From NCBI GenBank assembly GCA_958009085.1, contig OY253684.1, forward strand, positions 186,001-250,000: DNA of 64,000 bases. Direction: 5' to 3'. Origin of the DNA: Protoeuglena noctilucae. Lineage: Eukaryota. The position numbers and the translations under genes were made by a program. Shown piece by piece: positions 12,201 through 24,309 of the stretch. Positions within the stretch are counted from its first letter, which is position 1. Each line of letters starts with the position of its first letter. The notes beneath the pieces were generated by a model. It made no database searches. It had not been told where the DNA came from and saw nothing but the letters and a program-made list of their open reading frames with translations.

Positions 12201-15200
12201 GATCTCCTCCCCCAGGGGCGCCGACTCCGGTCGTTTCTGGCGCTCCTGCTCCGCCAGCGTCCGCGCCAAGTGCTCCGCCTCGTCCTCCTCCTCGGCGCGG
12301 CGCTGCTCGTCCGGAGTCAGGGCGGTCAGGGGCGCCAGGGCCGCCCCCACCAGCGACCGCTCGTTGGCTTTCCTCGAGAAGCTGCCCCCGTCGAACGGCC
12401 GCTCGCTCCGCTCCCGCACCCTCTCCAGCTCCTCCCTCTTGCGCCGCGCCAGCTCGGCCGCCTGCGTGTCCGACGGCACCCACCCGGGCCGCCACTGCGG
12501 CAGCAGCTCCGCGTACCGCCTGCTCTGCGACAGGGGCCCGGTTGCATCCATGGCATCGGCCAGGTAGTGCGCAGGGTCGAGTCCCACGGAGCGCAGGCGT
12601 TCCGATGCCTCTTGCAGGTCCAGGTAACCACGGTCGAGGTCGCATGGCACCAGGACGAGCTCGTAAGGGGGCGACTGCTCCAGGAGGCGGTCGCGTAGGG
12701 GCGCGGGGCGCGGCTTGAGGGGGGATGCCTCCAGGAGCATCCGGGTCACGAAGGGACGCAGCTGGGAGTTCTTCATGTGGCGCTCCACGAAGGCCTCGAT
12801 GCGGCGCTTCTGCGAACGTGGTGCAAGTGGTGGTAGGGAGTGGACAGGCACAGGGGCAGAGGCAGGGGATGATCTCCATCATGCACATCATGCGACGCAA
12901 GCAGCGTATGCACGGAGCGGCGAGAGGGCTCTGCAGTGTGTCCGGGCCCTGCATGTCATGGTCCCTGCCAGGCATCCCCGTCTCACCTCGACCTGCCAGA
13001 GTCGCCACTTGTCCGGTGCGGAGTAGGCCGCCGCCAGCGCCCGGGGGTCCATGCCGTGGGGCAGGACGCCCATGATGGCCAGGACATCCGCGCCGAGGGA
13101 CACGAGGGCCACGCCGCACGCGGCGCGCTCGTCGTAGGTGAGCGCCGCGAGCATGACGGCGCGGCACCGGGCCTCGGCCGCGGACGCGAAGATGGCGCGG
13201 GTCTCGGGTCGGCTCAGCGACAGCGCGTGGTGCTTTTCATCCGAAGCCTTGAGGGTCACGTCCTGGTTGGAAGGGCGCAAAGGTGGCAGGGGATATGTGA
13301 GGGCACATGATGCGACTAGCACGGGGAATGGATGGCGACATAATGATCCAACAGGTGAGCAGACTGATAGGGGCAGGTGGAGTGAGTCATGTCTTGCCCC
13401 GCACCTCTAACAGGCAGTAGCTGAGGAGCAGGTGGCCGATGTCGCGGTCGCTGTGGACGCTGAGGACGCGGGGGGCCGAGGCTTGCTCCGGGGTGAGGGT
13501 GCGGGTCTCGGGAAGCACCCACCGGGGGATGCCCCCGCGGACACAGGCACGGGGCCCCTCCTTGACCCAGCCGCGGGGCACTTCCATGGCCGGTTGCACT
13601 GCGGGGGGGAGGATGGCTGCGATGCGGCACGTGCACGGGGGGGCGGCGGCGCGGTGAGAGGTGGCGGTGGTGGCAATGATGCCACGCACCCATCACGATG
13701 TCGCCGCGGGTGTCGAAAGCGTAGACAGTGCTTTGCAAGTTGAGCGTGACGGGGGGCGGCGACGCGAGGAACGCGTTCAGCTGCTGCCGGGCGCCGGACG
13801 TCAGGTAGAGCTGGCACTCGCCCCGCACTGCGCAAGCACAATGAGGGGTGGAACGCGATGAGCAGACAAGCCACTGGTCCCGTACAGTCTTGTCAGTGCC
13901 AGCTGTGCGCAAGTGTCTCACCTTGATCTGCGACGTTCTTTAGGTAACACAGCATCCGCAAACGACGGACTGCGGGAAGGGGCGGCCCGAGGGCATGTAA
14001 TTCAACCCCAGGTGCCCAGCCGTATGTGAGCGTGGTGCGCTGCAGACACGCAGCGCAGCCTGCTCACTCATGTAGCGGCATCGGAAGGCCCGCTGGATGC
14101 GGACGGCGGCGTGGTGCCGCGCCATGAGGTGCCCCAGGCAAGGGTCCATGCGCTTGCGGGACAGATATGCCCTGGCCGCGCTCTGGAGGGACGTGGCCGC
14201 ACATGCCTCCCAGATGACCTCCCCCGTGAAGACGAGCATCTTGACGGGGGTCTTGCTCACTGCGTGTAGCGACGGGGGTGACGAAGTGCGGCGAGGAGGT
14301 TCAGCCAAGGTGCGGCTGTCGCTTCCAGGCATTAGGTGCCACGGGCGGCGTGCAGGCTGGCAACGTTGCAGTGCAACGGTGACAGTGGCGATGCCCGTGT
14401 TGGCCCCTTCCCATCCCCTGTTAGAGTGCCAATGACCCACCCATGGAGTTGTAGTAGTCCACCTCCTCAGCCAAGGCATGGAGCACCTCCTCCTCCTGGG
14501 GCACCAGCATCGGCACCAGCTCGGGATACTGAGGAAGAAAGGCGCAACAGAGATGGGGTCAGCGGCAGGGCGCATGTCGGGGCAGTGCGGGTGCCGTGCA
14601 CGCTGCGGCGCTCGCCTTGGGCGCGTCGAAGCGCAGAGGCCGCTTCCCGCTGGCCACCTCGCGCACGGTGCGCAGCGGCAGGCACGGCTCCGTCTTGAGA
14701 CGCCGCACCCGTGCCTCCAGCTCAGGCGGGCACGTCCCCTCGTACGCCAGCCTCGCCCCAGCGGCGCGCTCGTCCTCCCTGGCGTGCGAGTGGCGCACCA
14801 GGAGACCCGGGTGCGCCCGGGGATCGTCGTTCTGGAATTGGTTCTTGGCATCGCCCCCGCCCGTCACGTCGTCCGGCGGCCGCAGCATCACGACCGACGT
14901 GTTCTCCAGAAAGGGCGGCATCTCGGGGACGTTGCCCTCCCACACCGTCTGCACGACCGCCTGCGACACGCGGCGCGGCGGTAGCCGACGGTGAGGCCCA
15001 CAGGCTTGTCGTAATTGCATGGCACAGTGGAACCGATGCTGCAGGCGTCACTCACGTACAGATAGTCGGCCATCTGCCCCTGCTGGACGTAGAGAACGGT
15101 CGCTTGGACCTTCTTGTTCTTCCCGACTTGCAGCTGGACATTGCCGGCCTTTAGGAACGCCAGCGCCGAGATGGCCGCGGCGCTGTCCCGCAGCCGCACC

Positions 15201-15401
15201 TGCGTTCAGCAGACAAGGCCGGGCGGCGTTCCATGCAGTTCATGTACGTGGCGCGCTGCCGACGAGCACACAGGCTCGAGGGCCGGCGTCGGCGTTTCTG
15301 GGGCTGAAGACATGTGCCGTGCGTGCTGCTCGCGAGCGCATGGGCCCGAGCGTCAGCGGGCCACGCACCCGCTTCACAAGCGACTTGAAGGTTTTCACCA
15401 T
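9285..15401 (-). CDS. Large multi-exon hypothetical protein with IQ calmodulin-binding motifs and coiled coils
   Basis: Chain of GT-AG-bounded minus-strand exons from MVKTFKSLVKR. IQ-like motifs AATSLQSAARAYLSRK and AAVRIQRAFR at about 14080-14200. E/R/A-rich coiled coil at 10800-12500. Boundaries are approximate. Confidence 0.6.
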
Positions 15402-15825
15402 GGCAGCCTCTCCCTCGGGACGCCCCCGGGGTCCCCGGCGCTTGCCGCTACTACTTCATGAGCTGGTTTCTACCGCCCAGCCCTGCGGCAAGCAGCCTGG
15501 CAGCGTTCCTGACGACGACTCGGCCTTCCGCTGCCATGTATGCGAGGAGGCTGGCGCGAAATGGATGCAGCGCGCACGCTGGTCAGACAAAGCGCAGCGC
15601 CAGCCCCCATTTCAGAGCTAGCCGTGCCAACACAGCAGCAACTCGGGCATATTCTGGTTGCTTGGCTCTAACACGCCAGCTCGCGATCATCTGCAGTGCT
15701 CCAGCCCGGGGATCCTGCGAGAAGGCTTGGGTTGCCACCCCTGTGTCACCTCTCCCCAGCGCAGCCTTGTCCACCGCTTTTGTGTAAAGCCTACGGCGGG
15801 AGTCACTGCAGAGGAGGGGCGCGGG

Positions 15826-17326
15826 ATGGCGCAACAACCGGTGGAGGCCATGCTTGGCCATTCGCTGGATGACATCATCAAGATGAGCGAAGGTGGGCCG
15901 CTCGCGATACCGATGGACGAGTGGGCGTCAGAAGGCGAAGGGCTAGCTGTCCGCGCCCACTTCCGGGGTCGGAAGGGGCGTCCCTGCCTCGTCTTCATGC
16001 GAGACCTTGGAGCATTCGCGCGCAGACAAGCAAGGGCGCCACAGGTCGAGGCATGGAGGTTCGGGGCCACGAGGAGGGGAGCGACGGGAGGTTCACGAGC
16101 GAGGGGAGGGGCGGGGCAGGCCAGGAGGGCGGCATCGGGGAGGCGGGGGCCGCGGGGGGCGTGGGCGTGGCGGCGGCCGGGGGTGAGCCCGCGAGATGCC
16201 TTTCTCGGGCGATCTGCTCACAGATGGACGCGACGACGTCTCTGACGGAGCATCTCCCGTTCGCCATCTGCAGAGACTGGGCCCAGGGCCAGGGGGGTGG
16301 GATGCCCGCGTATGGCCATGGGGGCGGGATGTATGCAGGGGATGGGATGGGTGCAGGAGGGTGGCAGCAGCCCTACGGTGGGGCGGGACCTGCGCAAGGG
16401 TGGCACGGAGGACAATGGAACCCGGGAATGGGCGGGGCGCTTGGTCTGGACCCCATGCAGATGCAGCGCATGGAGACGAGCATGCAAAATGCGCTTGTCC
16501 GCTTCGACAGGAGCGGCCTCTCGCGTAAACCCGAGGAGCGAAAGGCGGCAAAGTGAGGGCGTGCGCCTGCAGCTCACTCATCGACCCCGGCCGCCGCTCC
16601 TGCGCTTGCGTGGACAGCTTCGTGGCTGCATGATATCGCTGATGTGTCTGGCTGCGCGTGTGGGGCTGTCGGGAGGGATGCTCGGCCGCGTGACGACACC
16701 AGCGTAGCAATAACTGAGGAATGTGCGGCTCCTCGCAGGCGCCTCCGATGTGAGGAGGTGGTGAGTGCCGAGGGCAACAAGACGGGGGAGTTCCGGGTCA
16801 CGTATTCGTCCTCTGGCTTCAAGGAGGACGACGTAATTTTGCTGGCCGCGATTGGGCCGACGGGGGACATGCGCCTGCAGACGGGGGGAGACAGGTCGCC
16901 GGAGATGCTGGCAGGTGAGGCTGGAACCCATTTTAACGATGCCCACACGTGCCTTGCAGGAGCGCTACGGCCCTCGCTAGCCACTCAACCCGGCACGCCC
17001 CTGGTGCTCCCGCAGCCCTGGGCGTGATTCTGCAGCCGACGGGAGCCAAGATTTCCCAGACGGGGACCGGCCCGTGGATGCTGACGGTCGGCAAGACGAT
17101 GCGGCAGTTTGCGGACGGCATGGTGGTGCCCCCGACGGCCCAGTCGGGGAGGCTGCGTGGCAAGGCGGTGATGCAGGCGATCACGAACCCGCTCGTCGCC
17201 GCGGCGTCGGCTGCGTCCCTCGCCGCGGCGGAGCAGGAGGGGGTGTCGACCAAGGTCGGGGGCCCGTCGCCACTGTCCGGGGAGAAGCGGCGCTTGGCGG
17301 CCCAGGGGCGCTACGCCCCTTACTGA
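15826..17326 (+). CDS. Hypothetical nuclear/RNA-associated protein (SLDDII motif, RGG-rich region, C-terminal PY-NLS-like end)
   Basis: MAQQPVEAMLGHSLDDIIKM, a Gly/Arg-rich exon, a GM/GW-rich low-complexity exon, and the ending KRRLAAQGRYAPY*. Confidence 0.65.
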
Positions 17327-17767
17327 GCGAACAGGGCTGCCGGCGGCGTGGCAAGGTTGGCGTCGCATGGGCCTCGGGCGGGGTTGCCGGCAAGCATAGG
17401 AGCGGAGGGGGGCACCCGGGGCAGTCAGTGTGCCTGTCAATGAGAGGGTTTCTTTGTGATGGTCTTTCAAACGGTTATTCCAAGTAGGAGGTCTTGAGCT
17501 ATGCGCGGCTCGGGAGAGATGCGAGGGGGGCACCCAGATGCATGCGGTGCCTAGACTAGTGGGAAAGGGGGTCGTAGCTGCAACAAGCGAACCCGAGATG
17601 CACAGGCTCATCGCCGGGCTTCCAGCACGAGCACTTTGGGTGAATCTACATGCCACCTGACGCTGAAGATGCACGGTGCACGACATGTGCGCCGAGGTCT
17701 GCCGTGGGAGCACATGGGCCGCTGCCCTGCGTCAGGCCTGACGAGCAGTGGCCGAGGCTGGCGCCGC

Positions 17768-20700
17768 TCAGAGCATCTCGTGGAAGGTGCGGGCGATGAC
17801 CTCCTCCTGCTGGGCGCGCGTGAGCTTGTTGAAGTGCACGGCGTAGCCACTGACGCGGATCGTGAGGTGGGGGTGCTTCTGCGTGGCGGTGGGAAAGGGG
17901 CACAGGTAAGGCACGCACGCGACGACGTTTAGTACATGCAAACCACGTTACATCACAACATCGGGGCACTGGGTCCGGTAAGCCACAACACCCCAACATG
18001 CAAGGGGCAAGCGGGCAAGCCACAACACCCGCTTGGCCCTTGGAGTCGGAGTCACTCACCTCGGGGTGGTTCATGGCGTCGACGAGCGTGGCCCTGTCGA
18101 AGACGTTGATGTTGATGTGGTGGCCGCCCTTGGCGAAGTAGCCGTCGAGGAGGCCGGTGAGGACCTGCTCCCGCGACCGGGGGTCCTTGCCCAGAGCCCC
18201 GGGGACGATGGAGAAGGTGTACGAGATGCCGTCCATGCAGTGCTCGTAAGGAATCTGCGGGGAGCGACAGGAACAGAGGGAGCGTGAGGGAGCCACACCC
18301 CATCTGACTGGCATGACCGCTTCTGCAGTGCGGCGCTTGGCCGCTATCGCGAGAGGGCATGCCGCCCTATGCCCCACCGGCCCGCTCGCCTGCGCGACCG
18401 AGTTCATGGACGCCACGGCGCCGCGCTCGTCACGGCCGTGGACGGGGTTGGCGCCCGGGGCGAAGGGCTCGCCCTTCTTGCGGCCGTCGGGGGTGTTGCC
18501 CGTCTTCTTGCCGTAGACGACGTTGGAGGTGATGGTGAGGACGGAGAGCGTCGGGATGGCGTTGCGGTACGTGTGCTGCGCCTGGAGCTTGCGGTGGAAG
18601 CGCGTGACGAGGTCCTGGGCAATGCCATCGACGCGGGGGTCGTCGTTGCCGTACTTGGGGAAGTCCCCCTCGATGCGGAAGTCGGTGACGAGGCCGCGGC
18701 TGTCCTTCACGGGGTACACCTTGGCGTACTTGATGGCCGAGAGCGAGTCGGTGACCGTCGACAGCCCCGCGACGCCCATGGCCAGGAAGCGCCTTACGTC
18801 CGAGTCGTGGAGCGCCATCTGGATCTTCTCGTAGTTGTACTTGTCGTGGCTCCAGTGGATGGCGTTCATGGTGTTGACGTACAGCTGCGCCAGCCAGTCC
18901 ATGGCCTTGTCGTAGTGCGCCATCACGGTGTCGTACTCGAGCGGGCGGCTCGTGTCGGCGCACAGGTCGGGCCACACGGGGGCGATCTGCTCCCCCAGGA
19001 CCTCGTCCTTGCCCCGGTTGAGCAGGTACAGGAGGAGCTTGGGCAGGTTGCACCGCGCCCCGAAGAACTGCATGTCCTTACCGATGCGCATGGCCGACAC
19101 GCAGCAGGCGATGCCGTAGTCGCAGCCGAACTCGGGGCCCATGGACATGTCGGACAGGTACTGGATGGCGCACGTCTTGATCGACATGCGCGAGCAGAAG
19201 TCCTTGAAGTCCCTGGGTGGGTGGAGACGGGCATAGGCCTCGTCGACGGTTGGCATGCGAGCACCGGCCGTGCCAGGGAGGGTGCGGAGAGCGCAGAGCG
19301 AGTGTCATCGCAAAGCGCTCGCTCACCGGGGCAGGTCGTTGTGCCAGAGGACGGACATGTTGGGCTCCGGGGCGGGGCCGAGGTTGCTGAGCGTGTGGAG
19401 GATGCGGAAGGACGTCTTGGTGACCATGTGCCCGTTGGGGCCCGTGCCGCCGATTGAGCACGTGACCCTGCAGGAGAGACAAGAGAAGGGGCGCTGTCAG
19501 TGTCCTCGTGCTGAGGAGGGTGGTGAGCGGGTGTCGGCTTGGGGCACGGAGGCCGTGCCGACTCGGGTGATGAAAGCGGGGACCTCCCCTTCCCCCGCGT
19601 GGGGTAGTCACCAGGTGGGGTCGCCGCTGAAGAGGTCGTTGTACTCGGGCGTGCGCAGGTGCTTGACCAGGCGCAGCTTGACGATGAACTGGTCGATCAG
19701 CTCCTGCGCCCCGGCCTCGTCCAGGCGGCCCTCCTTGAGGTCCTTCTCGATGAACGTGTCCAGGAAAGCATCCACGCGGCCTGCGATCCAAGACGACAAG
19801 ACGTCGCACCACCTGCCTTGGTGCGGGATGCCTCGCGCCGCAAACGCAAGTGTGAGCCTGTCGCTACCCCACTCCTCATCCATTCCCCTTCTCACCCAGC
19901 GCCACAAGTGTGCGGGCCAATTGCTACCCAGCTCCTCGCCCGTACCCCCCTCCTCACCCAGGGACATGGCGGCGCCGTCCTGCTCCTTGACCGCAGCCAG
20001 GTAAGCGAAGTAAAGCCACTGCACGGCCTCGCGGGCGTTGGTCGCGGGCTTGCTGATGTCGTAGCCGTACGACTTGGCCATGTCCTTGAGCTCGTTCAGG
20101 GCCTTGATCTGCTCCGAGATCTCCTCCCTGCAGTCACGGTGCATGTCTTGCCAATGAGCGTCCCAAGAGTTTCTAAGGAAACCGTGGTGCTGGCGTGAAG
20201 GACACATGTCATGCCATGCCTCCGCACGCCACGGCCCACACATACGGCGGAGTGTCTGGGGCCCTGTCATGTCACGACTGCCGCACGCCGCTCACCGCAG
20301 GCGCATGATTGGCTCGGTCATGACGGGCCCCAGCGACTGCTTGTCCGCCTCCTTGGCCTTGATGAGCTCGTCCACGCCGTACAGCGCCACGCGGCGGTAG
20401 TCGCCGATGATGCGCCCGCGGCCGTACGCGTCGGGCAGGCCAGTGAGGATGGCCGACTTGCGCGCCGCGCGCATCTCGGGGGTGTAGACGTCGAAAACCC
20501 CCTCGTTGTGCGTCTTGCGATACCGCGTGAAGATCTCCCGCACCTTGGGGTCCACCGTGCGGTCGAAGGCCTCCAGCGCCGCCTCCACCATGCGCCACCC
20601 GCCCTTGGGCTTCATCGAACGCTTCAGGGGGGCGTCCGTCTGCAGGCCCACGATGAGCTCCAGGTCCTTGTTGATGAACCCGGGCTTGAAGCTGTTGATC

Positions 20701-21321
20701 TCCGACGGCGTGACGGTGTCCACGTCCAGCAGACCCCCAGGCGACTTCATCTCCCGGACGATCCTGCGCGTGTGGGGCACCCGTTCAAGACCTCATGCAT
20801 TAAGAACCCAGCGGCTGCGTGTGGATGTGTTACGCGTTCGACTAACTCACAGGTCGTTCATGAGGTCGCGGAGCTTCTCCGTGCGGGCGGTGGGGCTGGC
20901 AAGGAAGGAAGCATCCCCCCCGTACGGCGTGATGTGCTCCTGGACAAAGCGCTCGACGTCAATGTGTGCGCTGCCGTTAAAGTCGAACTGCGGGCGCATG
21001 TGGGTGCGCGGCTGCTCTCTCTCTGCCGCCGCGGAGCAGGTCCGGGACCGGGGCACAGCGGTGAGCTGTCCATGGGCTCACCTGCGCGGCCGGCGCGCTC
21101 TGAGCGATGTGCCTCTTGCCGAGCTTGGACTGAGACCCCGAAACGAGTCCGGAGCTCGCGTGCGTCGAGAACGGGACGCGCTGCGCGCCGGGGCGCGGCT
21201 GGGCCAGGGCCCCCAGCTGGGACAGGGTGGGCCGGGCGAGCAACGCCACGCGGAGCTCCTGGGGTTCCAGCAGCGCCGCGCACCGGGCCAGAAGCCCGGC
21301 AGCGGCCTTGGTGCGCTGCAT
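17768..21321 (-). CDS. PFL1: Pyruvate formate-lyase (formate C-acetyltransferase, glycyl radical enzyme) with N-terminal organellar targeting-like peptide
   Basis: [35 protein letters not shown], active-site [27 protein letters not shown], and glycyl-radical loop [11 protein letters not shown] near the C-terminus. Confidence 0.97.
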
Positions 21322-22020
21322 GACCTGCGGCGATCGACTCGCGGGGCCCGATGAGCGCGAGCGCTACCAATCGTCTCGACAGCGCCAAAGCCTTCACGGT
21401 TCGATGCCCCGAACGACCGCAAGGATGGCGTCGAGACAAAGTCTTCAATGCCCGCCAGGGAGCAGGATTGGTGCCGCCACGGCAAAGAACTCGGGACTTA
21501 AAGGTGGCACAAACCGCGGGTCAAACGCGCGCCAACAGCGGCCGGATGAAGCGCCATTGCCTTATCACGGCCATGAACGGGCGAGGATATGCGCGAGGCA
21601 TGCATCAAGGGATCGCGGGGAGCGCGCGCGAGGCCGGACCAGCCTCCTCGACCCCGAGCAGCCGTTGCGGCCGTCACCTGCAGATCTCTGCCCGATCGCC
21701 GCTTCAACGAGTCTTTTATTTACAAGAAGAGTCGGCGCAACGACTTCTGAGTGGCGAGCGACGCTGGGTTGGCGGAGATTGGACGTCAAAGAGCTTTAGC
21801 TGTCACCCCGGGTTCTGACCCCGCAGCGTCGCCGAGGGCAACGATTAAGCAGGGCGACAATGTATCCAGCAATGTAACTAGAATTGAGAGACTCCCACGC
21901 TCGTTTCCTGCTCTCTAATCCTCGTTTGGCTCTTCCTTGTACCTTTTCTCCCCACCCGCCACTCGCCATCGCCTTTGCGTTGCGAGATAGCCTTTGCTCT
22001 ACTCCCTTCGTTCCTAGGGG
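21322..22020. promoter_or_regulatory. Putative bidirectional promoter / 5'UTR region between PFL and PFL-AE
   Basis: About 700 nt between divergent ATGs, lower GC than the flanking exons, with a CT-rich leader at about 21900-22020. Confidence 0.55.
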
Positions 22021-23820
22021 ATGGCGCTCGCGCGGGTGGGGGCTCAGAGCGCCGCGGCCCTTGCCAGTGGGGGCACGAGCGCCCTCTGCTGCCTCCCCGC
22101 GCTGCGGGCCGTCGAATCCAACCCAGCCCTTTTCGAGAGGATTAGACGGGCGTGGGGCGACGAAGGTCCCGGGCCCCTGCAATCGAGCCCCGCGGCCTCG
22201 CCATCTCGATGGGCGTTGAGGTGGCGTGGGGCCCGGGGCTTCGTGTCCGTCGCCGAGCCGAGGCGGGATGGGGACGGCGAGGGGGGAGGCAGCGGGTGCG
22301 CTGCGCTCCAGCGTTTCTGAATGACAACGCCGGGGGATGCGCTGGCTGTGGCTCGGCACGCTCTACGCCAATGGACAGTTAGGGCCCCCGGCCTTGCAGG
22401 GACGAGGTGAAGCGGGCGCCGGTGACGATCAACGAGAACGATTTCTTTGAGCCCAAGGGCTTCTCATCGAAGATTCGGGCCGACCTTGCGCGCCAATCCG
22501 AGATGCTGGGGACCACGTGTGCGCTGGTGAGCGTGGGGCATGCGGAGGTGTGTGTGCGACACGGTCGCTGATGGTCGCCCGCGGGACTTGCGATGCCCGT
22601 GTGAGTTTTACGATCCCCGCTTTTCACGAAACGCGTGGTGTGCTGCAGAAGGCGCCGGACCCGCCGAAGGAGCCGACCGTGGAGGAGCTGCACAAGATGT
22701 TCTTGAAGGTTGCGGACGCGACCAGCGCGTACGACTTCGTCTGGTCCAGGAAGGGTGCGTTGGGAGCGCCGGGTGGCTCGTCTCTCCCCGCACCAGTGAT
22801 GGCAACGATGCCGTGCGCTCCTCCTGTCTCCAGTGCTTGCCAGCGCCGCGGGTGCGCACGCCATCGACGTCGACGCCTCTGGAGTCCCCGAGGTCGAGGG
22901 CTTCGTGCACAGCATCGAGTCGCTGTCGGCCGTGGACGGCCCGGGGCTTCGCTACGTCCTCTTCACCCAAGGCTGCGCCTTCCGGTGTATGTTCTGCTGC
23001 AACCCCGACTCGTGGGAGTTCGGGGCTGGCACGCGGGTGCGTGGCCCACGCTGTGCGCGATGTTCCTGTGCCCATGACGGGCCCTTGTGCTGGGCAGCCC
23101 ACAACGCCGGCGCATGCTCTGCGGCGCAGATGACGTCGAAGGATGTCGCAAGGCAGATCGCCAGAGCCGTCCCTTACATCAAGTTCGGGGGGGGCGGGGT
23201 GACGCTGTCCGGGGGGGACCCAATGCTGCAGCCTGACTTCGTCTCTGCTGTCTTCCAGGAGTGTCATGCCATGGGCCTGCCAACGGCCATCGACACCACG
23301 GGCATGGTGAGTGACGTCTCTTCCTTCCTCCGCGCTCGTGAGCACGCTCCTGGCGGGCAAGGGGCCTTCTCGCTCGCCTGCGCAGGGCAGCCGCGGGCAC
23401 TGGCGGAAGGTGCTGCCCAACACGGACCTCGTCATGCTCTGCGTCAAGGCCCCGAAGCCGGAGACGTACACCAAGATCACGGGGGGCTTCAAGCAGGACG
23501 TCATGCTCCGGTTCGCCGCCGTGGCCGCCCAGATGTCCGTGCCGATGTGGAAACGGTACGTCCTGGTCCCCGGCATGACGGACAGCGACTTCGACGTCCG
23601 CTGGCTCGCCCAGTTCTGTAAGGACCACAAGAACGTGGAGCAGATCGACGTGCTGCCCTACCACACGCTCGGGGTGCACAAGCGGGCTGCCATGGGCCTG
23701 GACTACCCCCTCCAGGGCCAGCGGAGCCCGACGCGGGACGAGGTGCTGCGGTTCAAGGGTCAGCTCGAGGCGTACATTAAGGAACTGGGCGTCAGCGTCA
23801 TTGCCACGGGCATCGCTTGA
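22021..23820 (+). CDS. PFLA: Pyruvate formate-lyase activating enzyme (radical SAM) with long N-terminal extension
   Basis: [39 protein letters not shown] (CxxxCxxC), [26 protein letters not shown] and VLPYHTLG. Confidence 0.96.
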
Positions 23821-24309
23821 TTGAATCCTGCGGTGCCAACGCTGAGCTCCGCTCGACTTCAGCTGCACTCGCCGTTTCAGGTTTGACCCAGGGTATCCCG
23901 AGAAAAGTGTCTTTGAAAGACGGCGAGCCGTCACCTCGCAGCGAAAGACATTTTGCTTGTTTGTGCCGCGGCAGCGTCGTGGTGGCCATGCCTGTGGACG
24001 GCGAGGAGTAGAGGATAGACGCATGAGGGGCCCCGTGATGGCATGTAGGGACACGATGTGTAATGACTGCAGCGCTTTGACGGCCGGGCGGCCGTGTCGT
24101 CGCGCCCAAGCGTGAAGGCGAGCCAGAGCGGGCTCAGTTGGGGTCGCCGCGCGCACGGATGCCAACGAGGACGTCTCCCATTGCTATTTATGCCGCAAAG
24201 ATGCTAGTGAAACTTGCCTGCCTAATCTTTGACCCCGCGGCGTCCCGAGACCCGACCCCCGCCGCTCCGCAACCACAGGGAAGGGTTTGACCGAGCTGGC
24301 GAAGGGAAG

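Noticed and set aside
17768..23820. Possibility that PFL/PFL-AE is bacterial contamination
   Set aside because: Both genes have multiple spliceosomal introns, targeting-like N-termini and the same codon style as their neighbours
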